A model generated the notes under the pieces. The model was given only the letters and a program-made list of their open reading frames with translations. It did not search any database and had not been told where the DNA came from. Shown here piece after piece: positions 60,805 to 64,000 of a DNA stretch of 64,000 nt. A program made the translations under genes and the position numbers. This stretch comes from Methanotrichaceae archaeon (GTDB lineage: Archaea > Halobacteriota > Methanosarcinia > Methanotrichales > Methanotrichaceae): NCBI GenBank assembly GCA_963813075.1, contig CAWEXU010000030.1, forward strand, positions 96,001 to 160,000. Direction: 5' to 3'. Position 1 is the first letter of the stretch; each line of letters opens with the position of its first letter.

Positions 60805-61344
60805 TTATATCTTCTGTCGGTCCTGCTCAGCTCTTTTCTCCTCCAGCAGCTCCAGGTATGAGCGGCGGATGGTATCCTTCAGCTCGAGCTTTTTCAATAC
60901 CGATAAGACCCGCTCTTTTTCGTTCTCCCAATCCGCCTCCGCCTGGGCCTCCACCTCCAAAAAGGTGCCAAGCCCCTCCACCTCGTCCAGAGCGATGACC
61001 ATCCCCTGATAGGAGTATTTGGTCCTCCTCTTGCGAACCTCGGCGGAAAGGACGAATCCCAGAAAAGAGAGGATCTCCCTCATTTGGGTGGGGTCGTCGA
61101 TTTTCACCGTCAGCTCCCGGCGGGACTTGGTCTGCTGGTCAAGCCTGGGCCCTTTGTAGGTGAGCCGGGCACCATCCTCCTTTATGCGAATGCGCAGGGC
61201 TTCGTCGCTCTGCTTGAAGTCTCTGGAAGGGGAGTTGAAGTACAGATCCCGATGATTCTCCACCCGGAGAGGGGTGGCTCCCAGGGCGGCTATTCTCTCT
61301 ATAGTCTCCTTCTTCGCCCGCGCCTTGACCTCTACCTCGATCAT
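60805..61344 (-). CDS. cyaB: CYTH-domain protein (class IV adenylate cyclase-like)
   Basis: IEVEVK, DLYF, ALRIR, LTYKGP, LDEVEGLGTFLEVE, SYLEL. Confidence 0.93.
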   Translation of the reverse strand: MIEVEVKARAKKETIERIAALGATPLRVENHRDLYFNSPSRDFKQSDEALRIRIKEDGARLTYKGPRLDQQTKSRRELTVKIDDPTQMREILSFLGFVLSAEVRKRRTKYSYQGMVIALDEVEGLGTFLEVEAQAEADWENEKERVLSVLKKLELKDTIRRSYLELLEEKRAEQDRQKI

Positions 61345-63920
61345 CTTCGAACCAGCACTGTGGCATCCTTTGTCTTCAGTATATCCACGGCTTCGCCGGC
61401 GGAGAGGGTCTGGACCTCTACCTCCGCAGCCTCGATCGGAAGCTGGATGATCTCGCCATCCAGCTGGACTGCAATCGAGCCTGCCTCCTTCTGGCGGGCC
61501 ACATCAGCCGGGTCCATGGAGTTCAGAGCGGCTATGATCCGCTGGCTCTTATCTTTAAACCGGGGGCCTATGACCTTCATTTGGGGTTTAACCGCAATGG
61601 GCTTCATCTCCAGCAGGGGATTTCCCGTCCTGCTCTCCACCGGGGAGTTGGCCACCCCGGCCAGGTCCGCGGTCTCCAGGTCAAGGTCGGAGTACACCAC
61701 GATTCCCGGAAGAGGGGAGTTGAGAGCCATTCCCTTCTCTGCCTTATAGCGGCGCAGAGTGGCAGCGACCTCTTTTATCGCCAGGCCGCCTCGGTCTATT
61801 GGCCGATTCAGAGTTACAGGCCAGCTCTGCTCATGGACGCTCTTGCCGGTCAGAGTATGATAAATCTCCTCGGAGAGGAAGGGGGTGAAAGGAGCCATGA
61901 TCCGGGCAAGGGTTTCAAGAGCGGTGAAAAGGGTGTCCTGCGCCGCCCTCTTCTCCGGCCCATCGGAGCCATAGAGCCGGGCCTTGACCAGCTCGATATA
62001 GTTGTCGGCCAGGACATCCCAGGCGAAGGCCCGGATGGCCTTCAGGACCTCATCGAACTGGAATCCGTCCATGGCCTCTGTGGTCTTCTCGACCAGCCGA
62101 TCCAATTCACCCAACAGCCAGCGGTCGACCTGGCCGGGCGCGACATCATTTGGCGCGATCAGGGGCAAAGAGAACCGGAAGATGGACCAGAGCTTCTGCT
62201 GGAATCTGCTGGCGGCAGTTATCTCCTTCCACTGGAATGGTATGTCATTTCCCGGGCTGCCGCCGATCGCCGCCCACTGGCGGAGGGCATCGGCTCCGTT
62301 GCTCTCGAATACCTCCTCCGGGCGGATGAAGTTGTTCAGGGATTTGGACATCTTATGGCCGTCCTCGCCCAGAGCCATGCCGTTGATCAGAATGGCATCC
62401 CAGGGCCGGATCCCTTCCAGGGCTTGTGTCCGGAGGATGGTGTAAAAGGCCCAGGTGCGAATGATGTCGTGCCCCTGCGGCCGGAGCTGGGTGGGCATGC
62501 GCAGATCGGTCCGGTCAGGCCAGCCGGCCACGGCCAGGGCGGAGATGGAGCTGTCCATCCAGGTGTCAAGGACATCCTGCTCTGGAATGAACTCGGTGCT
62601 GCCGCATTTGCATTTCTTCAGAGGCAGGGTCAGGTTGGGGTCCAGGGGGAGCCAGCTCTCCTCCGCCACCAGGGCCTCGTGACACTGGCGGCAGTACCAG
62701 GCGGGTATGGGGGTGGCAAAGATCCTCTGACGGGATATGCACCAGTCCCATTCCATGGAGTCGGCCCAGTTCTCCAGGCGGACGCGCATGTGGGGCGGGA
62801 TCCACTCTATCTCCTCTGCCGTCTTTTTTATCTCCGGGGCATTGATCCGGACAAACCACTGCGGCTCGGAGAGAATCTCAATGGGGGTCTTGCACCGCCA
62901 GCACAGCCCCACATTCTGCTCTAAGGGCTCCTGCCTGAATATTATCCCCTGACTGGTTAGATCCTGAGTGATCCTCTTTTTCGTCTCCTCCACCGATAGG
63001 CCAGCATAAGGTCCGGCGACCGCCATCATCCTGCCGCTGCGGTCGATGGCCTGGCGGAGGGGGAGATGGTGCTCCATCCACCATCTGACATCCTGCTTGT
63101 CCCCGAAGGTGCAGATCATGACGAAACCCGTACCGAAGCTCGAGTCCACCGCCGGGTCGGCAATAACCGGGACCTGATAATCGAATATAGGCACCTTTAC
63201 TGTCTTGCCGATGTACTTTTTATAGCGTTCGTCCTCTGGATTTACCGCCACCGCCACGCAGGCGGGCAGAAGCTCGGGCCGGGAGGTGGCGATCTCGATA
63301 TTGCCGTCCTCGGCACAAAAGTGCATATAATTCAAGGTAGAGGTGCGGGAATCGTACTCCACCTCGGCCAGGGCTATGGCTGTGCCGCAGCGGGGGCACC
63401 AGTTTACCGGATGGTCCTCCCGGTAGATCTGCCCATTCTCATACATGCGCACAAATGAGGTCTGGGTCTTGACATAGTACTCCGGCTTCATGGTGGCATA
63501 CTCATTGGACCAGTCTATAGACAGGCCCAGCCTGCCCATGGACTGGTGGAAGCGCTCGATTGCCTCCTCGGTCAGCTTTTCGCACAGCCTTCTGAACTCC
63601 GCCCGGGGGACCTGGTTCTTGGTGATGTGGTTTAGCTGCTCGACCTTCACCTCGGTGGGCAGGCCGTGGCAGTCCCAGCCCTGGGGGAACATAACATTAT
63701 AGCCTCGCATGCGCTTATAGCGGGCAGCAAAATCTATGTAGCACCAGTTGAGAGCGTTGCCGATATGGAAGTTTCCCGTGGGGTAAGGCGGAGGGGTATC
63801 GATGATATATTGGGGCTTATTCGACTCCCAGTCGAAATAGTAAATGGAACTATCCCAGCTTTTCTCCCATTTTTCTTCTACCTGCTTGAAGTTGTACTCT
63901 TTGGACAGCTCGCTCATCAA
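61341..63920 (-). CDS. valS: valyl-tRNA synthetase
   Basis: DTPPPYPTG, HIGN, GWDCHGLP, DWCISRQR, DTWMDSS, KMSKS. Confidence 0.98.
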   Translation of the reverse strand: MMSELSKEYNFKQVEEKWEKSWDSSIYYFDWESNKPQYIIDTPPPYPTGNFHIGNALNWCYIDFAARYKRMRGYNVMFPQGWDCHGLPTEVKVEQLNHITKNQVPRAEFRRLCEKLTEEAIERFHQSMGRLGLSIDWSNEYATMKPEYYVKTQTSFVRMYENGQIYREDHPVNWCPRCGTAIALAEVEYDSRTSTLNYMHFCAEDGNIEIATSRPELLPACVAVAVNPEDERYKKYIGKTVKVPIFDYQVPVIADPAVDSSFGTGFVMICTFGDKQDVRWWMEHHLPLRQAIDRSGRMMAVAGPYAGLSVEETKKRITQDLTSQGIIFRQEPLEQNVGLCWRCKTPIEILSEPQWFVRINAPEIKKTAEEIEWIPPHMRVRLENWADSMEWDWCISRQRIFATPIPAWYCRQCHEALVAEESWLPLDPNLTLPLKKCKCGSTEFIPEQDVLDTWMDSSISALAVAGWPDRTDLRMPTQLRPQGHDIIRTWAFYTILRTQALEGIRPWDAILINGMALGEDGHKMSKSLNNFIRPEEVFESNGADALRQWAAIGGSPGNDIPFQWKEITAASRFQQKLWSIFRFSLPLIAPNDVAPGQVDRWLLGELDRLVEKTTEAMDGFQFDEVLKAIRAFAWDVLADNYIELVKARLYGSDGPEKRAAQDTLFTALETLARIMAPFTPFLSEEIYHTLTGKSVHEQSWPVTLNRPIDRGGLAIKEVAATLRRYKAEKGMALNSPLPGIVVYSDLDLETADLAGVANSPVESRTGNPLLEMKPIAVKPQMKVIGPRFKDKSQRIIAALNSMDPADVARQKEAGSIAVQLDGEIIQLPIEAAEVEVQTLSAGEAVDILKTKDATVLVRR

Positions 63921-64000
63921 ATGGCTCCCTGCTATTGGCTGGCTAGGGGGTTGAACACAATGTTAATAGGATTATCGGTGGTAATCATCCTTGAATGGAC

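Noticed and set aside
61581..62924. 447-aa + strand ORF and similar long antisense ORFs elsewhere
   Set aside because: Shadow ORFs opposite well-supported GC-rich genes such as valS, PINA, mutS and purH

Overview
A 64 kb chromosomal segment from a methanogenic archaeon, most likely Methanothrix (Methanosaeta) or a close relative. This is inferred from gene content (archaeal ThrRS and ValRS, TFE, Trm1, Fae-Hps, F420:NADP reductase, PINA, CetZ-like tubulin, presenilin homologue, MutS/MutL, several NosD/CASH-repeat surface proteins), not from a database search. Most of the window is housekeeping. An accessory stretch at about 10.5-18.3 kb carries DUF169/DUF3795 genes, a CopB-type P1B ATPase, a complete IS200/IS605 element (tnpA plus tnpB with readable ends) and a RelE-type toxin-antitoxin pair. 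The most striking unexplained feature is a non-coding tract of about 470 nt (about 11960-12433). It has a BRE/TATA-like promoter, more than a dozen helices whose G-U wobbles favour the + strand, and a T-rich end, so it is a candidate large structured ncRNA that I cannot assign to a known family. Three smaller candidate structured RNAs lie at about 26.84, 30.2 and 38.7 kb. Several genes are frameshifted (YgiQ-like, NosD, amtB, nadX and others), which may be assembly indel errors. All base pairings were found by eye.
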